Below are positions 1-16,538 of a stretch of 64,000 bases of DNA, piece by piece. The translations under genes were made by a program, and so were the position numbers. The stretch comes from Hormiphora californensis (taxonomy: Eukaryota; Animalia; Ctenophora): contig CM035358.1 of assembly GCA_020137815.1 (NCBI GenBank), forward strand, positions 2,232,001 through 2,296,000. Reading direction: 5' to 3'. The notes beneath the pieces are model-generated. The model searched no databases and was not told where the DNA came from. It saw only the letters and a program-made list of their open reading frames with translations. Within the stretch, counting starts at the first letter, position 1, and every line of letters begins with the position of its first letter.

Positions 1-447
1 CTTTATCAACTCCGGGTAAATTCCACTCTCTCTCCCTCTGAGAATAACGTGAGGAGCTAACACACTAGAGATACAGAACCACGGGCCATAGTTCACGCTA
101 TAACAAATAGAAACAACTGTGTTTGTTTGTAAGCTTCTCACAACCAGCGTGGTGTAATAGTAGTCTCTCCAATATAAACAAAACGAACAATATAGCAACC
201 TTCTCCCTCTCTCTCTCTCTCTCTTTTTTACCGCTGCAACTCACACTGCACAACAAGAGAAAAAAAGAGAGAAGTGTCTTGCTATAAAAACTCAATACAA
301 ATAGTTAATTTTATAACACCCCCATAGATCATTGTTCCATTGTCACACATTGCCCCCTCTCTGTGTCACACAATGTCTCTCTCTCTCTGAGTGACACATT
401 ACCCCCTCTATCTCTCTGTGTCACACATTGTCCCTCTCTTTGTCCCT

Positions 448-1725
448 CTATTTTTCCCAGAATGTAGGTAGCTGGTTTCCAGGAATGTTAAGACGTCTGC
501 AGCCATCCTTAGTCAGTACCGCCAACCTAATCATACCACCACTACTGCCGTCCCGGTGCATGGCAATAGCCACCGCGTTAGAAACAAATTTGAGGCATTC
601 TTGCTCTGACATTCCCTCCTGAAACAAAATTAAGTTTAGAAAGAGTTTAGTCAAGTGAGATTTAGGACTAAAATTAGCTTTTTAGATATTTTCATAGAGG
701 GCCAGTGAGATCTATAAAAAAGTGTGGCCTTACCTTGTAGGTGCTGTCGCAGTGTCCGTAGATGTAGGTAGATCCCGAACCACCAATAGCAAAGGGCATC
801 CTCACACACATACCTGGGGTTGGGAAGGTGAAATTAGAGATAGAATGAGAGATGAGAAGGATAGAGATGGAAGAAGAGATGGCCTAGAGATATGAAAACA
901 CATTGAACGAGAGGTTAGAAAAAAAGACAGCTAAATACCGACATTACTACACACACTCACCTCCAAGAGGCAGACAGTAGACCTGGCCACCTTTGATCTT
1001 GTCCCATCCGGCACAGATAATACTGGCAGACAAGTTATCTCTGTTGTTGTAACAGAACAACTGGAATATCCTACTGGCTACCTGGGCATGGCAGGGAAGG
1101 TGTTATTGTGGTGGGGAGGGGGGGGGGTTGGAGGGGGTGATGAAAACCAAAAGTTATCAAGGAGCTAAATCATGGGATAGAAAGGATATTTTGCCTCTCT
1201 GTCTGTCTCATGTCTGTCTGTCTGTCTGTCTGTCTATCTGTCCCCCCGTCTCCCCTCTCTCCTTCCAACTCACCTCAACTGTTGGTTCCTCATTAGTTTC
1301 ATTCTCCTGCAGATCCAGATAGAACTTTACGTAGTCCGCGATTGCCTGGGTATCAGCTGCGCTGCCTGACCTACAGCAATAGATCTTGTCGGAAACCTGC
1401 ACAAACAATCATACAATCACACAAACTGTGGTGGTGTGCTATATTGAAATCATATAGTGGAGTCCTACATAATAGTTTTAGAAAATGAAGTCGGGCCCCA
1501 ACTTAGTCACATTGGTGAACAAAGTTCCTACCAAATCTACCCATCAACACGTACCTGTGTCAGTTTATCTGTAACCCTGTTAGCCACATAAGTTCCAGTA
1601 CTTGTCCTACTGTCTGCTCCGAAGACGACCCCATCGGCGAACTCAACTGCCATGATAGTAGTTCCAGTCATGTGCTCGGCAGTCAGCCATTCCGGGGCAT
1701 CGAACCCAATGTCGCTTTGGAACAT
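448..1725 (-). CDS. PSMB6: 20S proteasome subunit beta-1/beta type-6, ~221 aa; exons 1725-1555, 1396-1274, 1081-961, 813-734, 618-448
   Basis: Propeptide followed by catalytic [23 protein letters not shown]; also [25 protein letters not shown] and RDGSSGG. GT-AG exons total 666 nt in frame. Confidence 0.95.
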
Positions 1726-2046
1726 ATCTCAACTACTATCAGTTGAAAGAGAGTAAGGTGGATTAGTTAAACAGGGTGTGGGGGACGGGGGTAATGTGGA
1801 TTAGTCAAATGTGGGGTGTGGGGGTAAGGTGGGTTAATTATAGGTAAGGGTGGGATCTTGTAGTTTTTAGTTAGTGGAATGATATGGACGACATAAAAAC
1901 AAAGTTTTTGATTGAAAAAAAGAACATGTAAAGTCTACAGTTGATACTTGATTCAAAAAGAATCATTTTTGAGAAAAAACACCCTCGAATAACGAATCAA
2001 TGTATTACCCATAGTAGTTAGATAGAATAATGTAGTTAGTTTTGTA

Positions 2047-2835
2047 GTAGAGTCGATAACTACATCGACCTCTCCCAATTGTTCCAGTTTTTGTCACATC
2101 TGTTTGGAGCCTCGACACGACCTCTAAACAGGTGTTACTTTTTCACAAACTGTTTTCATCTTGGTGTAATCAGCAGTTGAAATGATGCTAATCATAACAA
2201 AAACCTGACTAAATTTTTTCAACTTGGGGTAAAACCATGGGTGTCAAAAGTTAGCTCTAGGTCCCCTGAGTAACCATCCGGAGACTCCAAGAGATATTTC
2301 AAGCCGTTCTCCTGTAATCATTAATCCCGGTAGAGCACATATTTGAGTATGGACGTACGTGCAATTGCCTACAACCTCAACTTTAATGTATAACGTTAAT
2401 GTGCGTCTCTCTCTTTTCTCCCCCTTGAGAAAGAGTTATCTCGCGCGGCGCAACCGCACGTGCGGTTTTTCCAGAGAGAGTGAGAGACATACAATAACAT
2501 GTAAACAGCCTGCCAGCGCTCACGTACGTCCGCATTGTATTTTTTTCTCCACCGGGATTAATGATTACGGGAGAACGGCTTGAAATATCTCTTAGAGTCT
2601 CCGGATGGTTACTCAGGGGACCTAGAGCTAACTTTTGACACCCATGGTTTTACCCCAAGTTGAAAAAATTTAGTCAGGTTTTTGTTATGATTAGCAACAT
2701 TTCAACTGCTGATTACACCAAGATGAAAACAGTTTGTGAAAAAGTAACACCTGTTTAGAGATCGTGTCGAGGCTCCAAACAGATGTGACAAAATTTGGAA
2801 CAATTGGGAGAGGTCGATGTAGTTATCGACTCTAC
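2047..2835. mobile_element. Foldback/MITE with ~290-bp inverted arms (about 2045-2335 and 2546-2837), TA-flanked (Tc1/mariner-like)
   Basis: TA-GTAGAGTCGATAACTACATCG... is mirrored by ...CGATGTAGTTATCGACTCTAC-TA. Arms are near-identical and there is no transposase. Confidence 0.85.
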
Positions 2836-2989
2836 TATTGATTAAAAAGTTGTACTAATTGTTTGTTTTGAAATTACAGTGTCTTGTGAAAGAAAATACA
2901 GGTTGACGGCTACAGGGACGCCAGTTTAAGATCCATGGTGTATCAAGTCGGTGTAACACAACCGAGACGTAGTCCGGTGATACACAAAT

Positions 2990-3070
2990 TGAGACCCATG
3001 TTGTAATCCGATGTTACACCAGCGGAGTCCCATGTTGTAATCCGATGTTACACCAGCGGAGTCCCATGTA
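2990..3070. repeat. ~34-bp tandem repeat in the Argonaute 3' UTR region
   Basis: CCCATGTTGTAATCCGATGTTACACCAGCGGAGT is repeated 2-3 times. Confidence 0.7.
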
Positions 3071-3086
3071 GTAGTCCGTTGGGGGT

Positions 3087-8471
<5,385 letters not shown>

Positions 8472-8697
8472 AGTTGTTTACTTGTTGCTATACTATGGAA
8501 ATTGTTTGAGGGTTAATCGGGGAATTAACGATTCACTAATTTTTAGGCATTTGTGTTGAATCAGAGAATTTTCTGGAGGCAATGAGAGACCGCAACTAAA
8601 ATGGCGGGAACAACGAAACAGCAGTACTTGTATAATAAAATTTAAAAAAGTTTAAAACATTTAAAAAACCAATTTTGTTCATTTCGTCCTTCACAAG

Positions 8698-9783
8698 ATC
8701 ACTGCGCTGGCAAGCGCAAAGGTTGCCATTCCCCCTCCCCCCAAAAGCGCCGCCAGAAACGCAGTTATACGTTTTATGGGTGTTTTGCCTGAAAAACCGG
8801 ATTTCGAAAGGTTGTAGCGTCGCTCCCTTCCATCCGATTGACTTGAAATTTGGAATGTATACCCGGCTTGGGGTCTTTTACTTAAGTTTAAAATTTCAAG
8901 TCTCTATCTCATCTGGGACGGAAGTTACAGACTGGTCCCATTTGCTGAAGATTCAGTGTAACAGACCGCGCGCGTGCGCGCGCATAGGATAGACGCTTTT
9001 TATAAACCATATTCACGCCAAACGAAAAGAGATAGCAATTTCTCGTTTTCACAGCTGGTAGATCTACTGGATGTGTGTGTATTAGTTGAGGTGGGGTCCC
9101 TTTTCATCGCCAGGAACGTCCTACAGAACGTCTTAAAGTCGTCATTTTTCAGACTCTGACCAAAATTCTTTGAGCTCAATTTACACCCTCAAGACGGGTT
9201 CTAATCGAAAAACGAAGACTATATCATGGAAAGAGAATTGTCTGAACTTTCAGAAGCTATATTACGAATTTTCAAAACTAGACGTATAAGGGTCTTAAAA
9301 CGCGTCTAAAGTGTTATGACTGTTTAAAAACAGATATGACGATATGGGTTTTTTCGCCATAGCGGACTCAAATCTCATCCAATCGATCTCAAACTTGGTC
9401 AATATGTTCATCTAGGAAATCCCGATGAGATTACGTAATTATAATGACGTCATAACGTCGTGACGTCGCGTTATGACGTCAAAATGACGTCAAAAATGAA
9501 AAAATTTCAACTTTCCTATTCCATCCTCTCCGTACTTTTTCTACTACATCTAAATGGATAAAAAATCCCAAAAATGATGCAAATTATACCAAAACTAATT
9601 GAAATTAGTAGGCCGGAAAGGTTGCCCTATGATTTGAGCTACCTTTGGCACCAGTAAATTCCCTTTTGAAGCTAAACGAAGCATCTGTACCCTGTCTGTA
9701 CCCCATGAAAGTTACGGTGGCAAAGGTAGCTCAAATCATAGGGCAACCTTTCCGGCCTACTAATTTCAATTAGTTTTGGTATA
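8698..9783 (-). mobile_element. Helentron-like non-autonomous element (HINE/DINE-like), copy 1 of a head-to-tail dimer
   Basis: Terminal hairpin TGCGCT-GGCA-AGCGCA next to AAAGGTTGCC. A ~65-bp inverted repeat at the other end (about 9585-9783) contains the same motif and ends in GGTATA. Confidence 0.6.
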
Positions 9784-10879
9784 ATCACTGCGCTGGCAAG
9801 CGCAAAGGTTGCCATCCCCCCCCCCCCAGCAAAAGCGCCGCCAGAAACGCAGTTATACGTTTTATGGGTGTTTGGCCGAAAACCCAGATTTCAGAAGGCT
9901 ATAGCGTGGCTCCCTTTCATCCGTTAGACTTGAAATTTGGAATGTATACCCGGCTTGGGGTCTTTGACTCAAGTTTAAAATTTCAAGTCTCTATCTCATC
10001 TGGAACCGAAGTTACAGATAGGTCCCATTTGCCATAAATTCAGTGTAACACGCGTATACGCGCGCGCGTACGCACGCGCATAGGAGAGACGCTTTTTGTA
10101 AACCATATTCACGCCAAACGAAAAAAGATAGAAACTTCTCATTTTCACAGCTGGTAGATCTACTGGATGTGTGTGCATTAGTCGATGTGGGGTCTCTTTT
10201 CATCGCCAGGAACGTCCTACAAAACGTCTTAAAGTCGTCATTTTTCAGACTCTGACCAAAATTCTTTGAGCTCAATTTACACCCTGAAGACGGATTCTAA
10301 TCGAAAAACGAAGACTATATCATGGAAAGAGAATTGTCTAAACTTTCAGAAACTATATCGCGAATTTCCAAAACTACATGTATAAGGGTCTTAAAACGCG
10401 TCTGAAGTGTTATGACTGTTTAAAAATAGATATGACGATATGGGGTTTTTCGCCATAGCGGACTCAAATCTTATCCAATCGATCTCAAACTTGGTCAGTA
10501 TCTTCATCTAGGTAATCCCGATGATATTACGTCATAGTTATGACGTGATAACGTCGTGACGTCATTTTATGACGTCAAAATGACGTCAAAAATGAAATTT
10601 TCTCAATTTCGCGATTTCATCCTCTCCGTACCTGCTCTACTACATCTAAATGGATAAAAAATCCCAAAAATGATGCAAATTATACCAAAACTAATTAAAA
10701 TTAGTAGGCCGGAAAGGTTGCCCTATGATTTGAGCTACCTTTGGTACCGGTACATTCCCTTTTGAAGATAGACGATGCATCTGTACCCTGTCTGTACCCC
10801 GTGAATGTTACGGTGGCAAAGGTAGCTCAAATCATAGAGCAACCTTTCCGGCCTACTAATTTTAATTAGTTTTGGTATA
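9784..10879 (-). mobile_element. Helentron-like non-autonomous element, copy 2 (directly abuts copy 1)
   Basis: Colinear, slightly diverged duplicate of 8698-9783 with no spacer between the copies. Confidence 0.6.
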
Positions 10880-11038
10880 TACATATATACGTAATTAGGT
10901 AATCAATGGTTAGTGGTTAAAACTTACACCCGCTCATTAAAAACATTAAAAAAATAATATGATATTATGTATCATGCATAAATTATGGGCTAATTAACAA
11001 TATGGTCCTCAGGCCCTTGCGGAAGGTAATCAGACGCT

Positions 11039-13003
11039 TCAGAGTTCAGGCTCACTGTCATCTCCACTATAATCTCGGAAGATTAAATCTCCCCAGAATC
11101 TTCGTTCTTCGTCACCGAAGCTGTCACTCTCTGACTCAGTCTCAGGCTCATTCTCGCTTGGACTTGCCCGACTCTCAGTTTCACTTTCAGTCTCACTCGG
11201 ACCATCAATATTGCACGTGCAAAGCCGTTTTGGCCCGACATCCGTTTTTGATAGCTCATCTGCTGCTAGATCCAACAAGATCTTGCGCTCCTTATATGGT
11301 AGAAACTCAACTCGAAGGAAGCTCTTGACGTATAAATGGATAGTTTGAGCTTCATTACCATAGTAACCGTCTGGATTCCAATAAGTATGACCGATTTTGT
11401 CTGGCTTGTGGCCTAGCTCTTTATCAAATACCCAAATAGGATAGAAGTCTTCATTGACATGCCCAGTTGTTTTGAATTTCGACGCTATTTTATCATCTGA
11501 CATGCGATTAGGAATTTTAACTCGAGGATGAGGGAACTTTGGCATTAGAGAAGCACCGAAACTTGAATCTTCATGGTCCACCATGGGTTGAAGATATATC
11601 TGGAGGGAGCCACCAGTCCGTTCAGCGGCTGACAACACTGCTCTTCCAAGGACTGCATCTTTACCCTTCAGTGCAGCAACTTGAGATAACGTTAAAGGCA
11701 TCTCCGCTGAGTCTGTCTTTTTTCGGAAGACGTAAGAGTTCGTATACAGATGAAAGCACGGAATTGCGAGAAATGCTGGACGTTCATCAAACCGTGGATC
11801 TTCGCGATTTTCTATATCCCATTTAGTAGTAACATCAATGACTAGAGGGCTCTCAGGCAAGAATAACTCGTCATTACAGAGCTCAACAAATTTGGAAGCT
11901 AGTGCAGTTTCCTTTTCCGATGAGCTGAGAATTTTTGGTAGCACTGTACTGTTAAGATCCCCAGACGGAAGAGCCGGGACAGTCTTTTCTTTCAGAAGAA
12001 GCAGGAAAGCGACTGTCATACGTATTCCTTCTTTTACTTCCAAAACCTCATGGTCAATATCACAGAAAAATGCAGCAATACGAAGCTGTTTGGGGTCAGG
12101 TAGCTGCCACGTCGCGTTCGGATAATAACTATACATTCCAATTGATATTCCCCCTTGCAGAACTAATTTTTTCTTCAACCCTCTTCCAACAGAGATTTCC
12201 AAGGCCCCACCCTCGTAATAGGCTCCAGGCAGCTGAACAAGCAGCGTTCCGACCATGTCACTCCCTCTAGGGGTGTCTTTATGTTTCTTGAAGTGGCCTC
12301 CCTTCCCGTACATGTTTAGACTGTACTGCTCAGCAACCAGGTCAAATCTCTCAGAGTCAATTCCAAGATTTTTCTGCACTTCACTTAGGACTCCTGAAGC
12401 AGCTAATGCGTCACCCAAATTTAGTGGTGTTGTGTTTTCGTTGCCAGTTTCGAGGTCCACCATGACTTTAAATCTATCGGCTGGTAGCTGCAGTGCATCA
12501 CGAACACTAGCATCACACTTCGTCTGAAAATAATTGCTTTTTTAGATCTCATCTTTCTATAATCCTACTAGAAATACCTAGAAAGAAACGTTAGATATTT
12601 TGTACACAAATTTACGTACCTTTGATCCGTGACCAAAAGAGGCATGTGGCATGGCCTCTCGAAGTGATTCAAATCGATCCAGTTGTTCTGCAAGGGCTGC
12701 TTCACGGTTAATCCTCCAGTCTTCTTTAGTCTTGTACCACCTCCTCCCTTCTTTCGCTAATTTCTCCTCTTCTTCTTCTTTCTTCTTCATTTCGTCAACC
12801 TCCATCTTGATGCTATCATTGTTCGGAGCCATCGTTACTGTAGTAAAGTCTGATTCGTCACTTTCTCTGTACAGGAGCTTGGGTGATTCTGACAGCGTCA
12901 AAGTTGCGGTAGTTGCAAACTGACATGTCACACCCGCCAAGATATCAGCCACCTCTTGCCCTCTTTTTTCTGCATACTGTTTTTCTTTCTTACCAGACGT
13001 CAT
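11039..13003 (-). CDS. 2OG-Fe(II) dioxygenase (prolyl-4-hydroxylase-like fold), ~622 aa; exons 13003-12620 and 12523-11039
   Basis: HxD...H...R signature (KKHKDTP, GTLLVQLP..EGGALEI, DHEVLEVKEGIRMT), N-terminal ASFGHGSKTKCDASVR and C-terminal YYGNEA. The GT-AG intron preserves frame. Confidence 0.85.
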
Positions 13004-13144
13004 CAACTGAAGTTAGATCATATTTAGGAGAGTTAATGAATTAAATGTGTGTTTTCAGTGGTGTTCATGTACTTTATTTATGGCCATAAAGGTTGACAAG
13101 ATACCTTTTTCGTCTTTTCGTCTTTCTTTTTTTCTTCGATTTTT

Positions 13145-16100
13145 TTTAAAGGGGGTTAAAATGGGATAATCCCATTTTAACCCCCTTTGGGATTGGGATT
13201 AGATAACAATATCAATATGAAAATACCGGTCTCCCATGGGGGAGAAGATTAATAAATTACTGCATTGATTAAAATTGATTAAATTTGGTAGAATTAAAAG
13301 TGTTATATAATAAGTTAATGTCATTGAGTTCGCTCTTATACTGCCTCGTTTTAGTGAACTTATTGCCTCTGTGCCCTCTCAAGCTAATGACAGTTGTTCT
13401 GAGCAGGGTGAAAGACAACCGCTGCCTAATGTAACGGATGGTGTCAGAGTAAGCCTGGTGTGTTTTGTCAGCAAGCAGCTTGGCAAGGCGCCTGTAGAAT
13501 TTTTCTGCCTCGTTGCCCAGGGCACCAGTTACTGAAAACACGAGTGGGCAAAAACAACTCTGTTCAACCTCAAGGACACGTTCGTTATAGCAGCGTTTTT
13601 TCTCGTCCTCGTGTCGTTTCAGAGCTGTATCAAGAGGAATGGCACTGTTTGTGGGAGCCAATGGATTGAAGATGCGCACATCTGTGTAAATTTTGTCCAT
13701 GGGAAGCCAAAAATCCCTGGCAGCAACATCAAGGCGAGCATCATTTGCAGTGTTTGCTGATTTCAACCGGAAGGTTTCGCCAGTGATTGGGAGAAGATGG
13801 GGTTCTCTTGAAACATCACGGCATCCCGCCTCTTTCAGCAGGTTTGCAGTAAGGTCCCGTATCTCATTATGCCGCAGCTGCACGTAACCACCAAGATGAC
13901 AAGAGAGGCTGTGTTCAGTGGTGTTAGGTTTTCCACACGGACAGTTTGGTGGTCTACCCTCAAGTTCCAAGCAGTAGCGGAGGGACATGGAGTCCCAGAA
14001 CTCCTGTTTGTTCAGATTGAACCTATGTTCCTTGAGGGGGAGAGATGTTACCCATATGGACGATCCTCGCCGTGTTCTCTCTTGGTGAAAACGCTGTTCG
14101 GTGGGTGGCAGTGCCTCTCTCACAAGCTCTTCAGCCTTGGTCTGGCTCAGCCGTTTGGTGGTCAACATCTCGGATTTCGCAGACACCAGATCCCGCTTCA
14201 GCAAATGCAAACTCTCTGGATCAAATTGTGTTTTCTGTCCGTTAATGATTTTGGAGAGTGGTGCAGTAGCTGCAGCAGAACTGGTGTATTCGAAATCCGC
14301 GATCTCGACGGGATTAAAGATTCCAAGGCCCCCGTGGCGGGCAGGGAGTGACAAGAGCTTCCGATTGTTCGGTGTCAGTTGGTTGCTGATTGTTTTTGGG
14401 ATGAATTTGGATGATATGATGTCTTCCAGTGGCTGGAAGAGACCAGAGATGTCCTTGGTAGTTCTCATAATAAACAACCACCGTTTGGAGAGTCCCATGA
14501 TGTAAGCAGAGAATGATGGATGGGGCTCAGATGTTGAAAAATCCGATAAGTCTGTAAGCTCCTGGGCCCACGTCTCAACCTGTTGACTGACGTACTGTTT
14601 CTTAAACTCGTCGGTACCTAGGGGAGCTCCGAGATATCTCTGTCCCTCTGATGTAATATGCACACCTGTGTCCTTGAAAATAGAGCTGGCAGTGTTCTCA
14701 AGCCCAGGTTTGACGATCAGCACAGACTTCTTTCCATTGGGGAAATAGCCTAATCCTGGGCCAACTTCGCACAGAATGTCCCACCACTTCCGCATAGCCA
14801 AGAGTTTCCCAACAGATGCACCGTCATCGGCAAAGAAGATCTGTGCACAGTCTGCCTCGGAAAGGGCTGAGATGAGAGGATTCAGGCTGATGCAGTACCA
14901 GGGAGATGCAAGGTTGCAACCCTGAGTGGTGCCTTCACTACTCAGAATGAAAGTGCCATTCTGTAGGAAAAGTTTGGCAGGGGATCGGTAGATGTTGATC
15001 GTGAAGGTGGCGAGTGGGGGGCAGAGGTATCGGAGATTGACGAGAGCGGTAGCCCGATTAAGCACATTAAAGGCGTTGGTTGCATCCGCTAAGAGCACTC
15101 CCTCAGAGCCATCGTCATCAAACATGCTAGACATGCTGTGGACGGCAGCCTCAATTCCACCCTGAAGACCAGAGGCAAGCTGCAGTGGCCCGGCTGCTTC
15201 AATGATGTCACTGTGTAGATGGCAGACAACAGTACGCCCAATGATACGCCGGAGTATTTCCCCGATGCCGATGGGGCGGATACTCGGATTCTTGTTGAGG
15301 GCGATCAATCGACATGAGACCAAGGCAGAGATGGTGTGTGGGTTGATGAAAGAAGTGCAGAGGCGACGAGTCATTCTTGCCAAAGCATGGGCCAGGGCAT
15401 CAGATTCGAGGTGGAAGGTTCTACTACACAACATTCTCGCCCACAGTGCATCGGTCATTCCACTGGGACCTGCCCCTCCCTTGGTTGTGGCAGCTGATCT
15501 CCTGATTGATTCAGTGTCAATACTGTCAAACAGTGCTGGTTCAACACTGGGAGCTGGCAGGCGGGAGACTAAAAGGTCTCGGTTGAGTGGCTGGGCAGGG
15601 GGGTGTTTGGCACGGAGCCCCTCAATCACTTCAGGGGAGGGTGGGAGTGGTGCAGACGGAGAGGAGTTTAGCACACGGAGGGCCGCTGCAACTTTACCGT
15701 TCAACATGAGTCGAGAGAAGCTCTTCCGGGAATTCTGATGGTTGCTACTCATAGGGATTTTGGATTGAATAGCTTTGCACTCCCGGACTAGGCTATCGAA
15801 GTCTCCCTCTCTCCACAGTTGTAGCCTTCTCCTGAGGGCCTCACATTCTTCAGAGGGCTTGGATCGTTAGCCTGGTTTCTGAAGGAGCAGGGCTCCCATC
15901 AGGTGGAGCGCTGTGATGGCAAATGGCTCCAGGGGTGAAGAGTTTGTCCAACCGTTAATCAGACGGGTTGCCTCGCTAATGAAGGCCTTTCCGGCTGCAC
16001 CTGCTGGTAGTTTTTTAAAGAGATTTGGTTTCCAACTTGCAACAGTACAATGAATTTCATACAGAGTCTGGGGGAGAGTCATTGTAATTACTGCATGAAA

Positions 16101-16339
16101 CACAAAGTTCAGAGGATTCATCAGAATTCACCGATATGGAGTGGGTTGAAGAAGAAGGGCAGGAGGATGGAAGGTTGGCGGAAGAACGGGATGGGGGAGG
16201 AGGAGCGATGGACTGGTTGGATGGCGCTGGAGTCTTCTTGCGCTTGGACGTTTGCCGCTTCGTGCGTCCTGTCATACCAACGTGCCCGGACTGCCCCTCC
16301 TGGGCTGGCTCTACATCCTGAGGCGAAATCTCAAATTAA
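13145..16339 (-). mobile_element. CRE-clade non-LTR retrotransposon (RT + RLE), copy A, disabled at the N-terminus
   Basis: 15-bp TSD TTTTCTTCGATTTTT at 13130-13144 and 16340-16354. RT motifs RPIGIGEILRR, DATNAFN, GTTQG, FADD and YLG; CCHC knuckle plus RHNEIRD..RLDV..DVRI..EKKRCY endonuclease. Confidence 0.9.
13269..16275 (-). pseudogene. Disrupted RT/RLE ORF of CRE copy A; the 827-aa C-terminal part (13269-15752) is still open
   Basis: In-frame TAA at 15867-15869 where copy B has Lys (NPGKKSKP). A frame break near 16060-16110 leaves only CVSC of the PHD finger. Confidence 0.85.
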
Positions 16340-16538
16340 TTTTCTTCGATTTTTCAAGAGTTTTAAGCAATTTTTTACTACATCTACCACGCTTTTTACA
16401 TTTGGTGATTGGTCCAGTATTTTAAACTTTCCCAACTTAAAATTAAAGTGCGTTTCAAACGACTTGACCTGAGATTCCTGGAAATTCAGGATTTCCCCTT
16501 TGTAAATACACGCGCGATGCGCCAAATTCCAAGAATTA

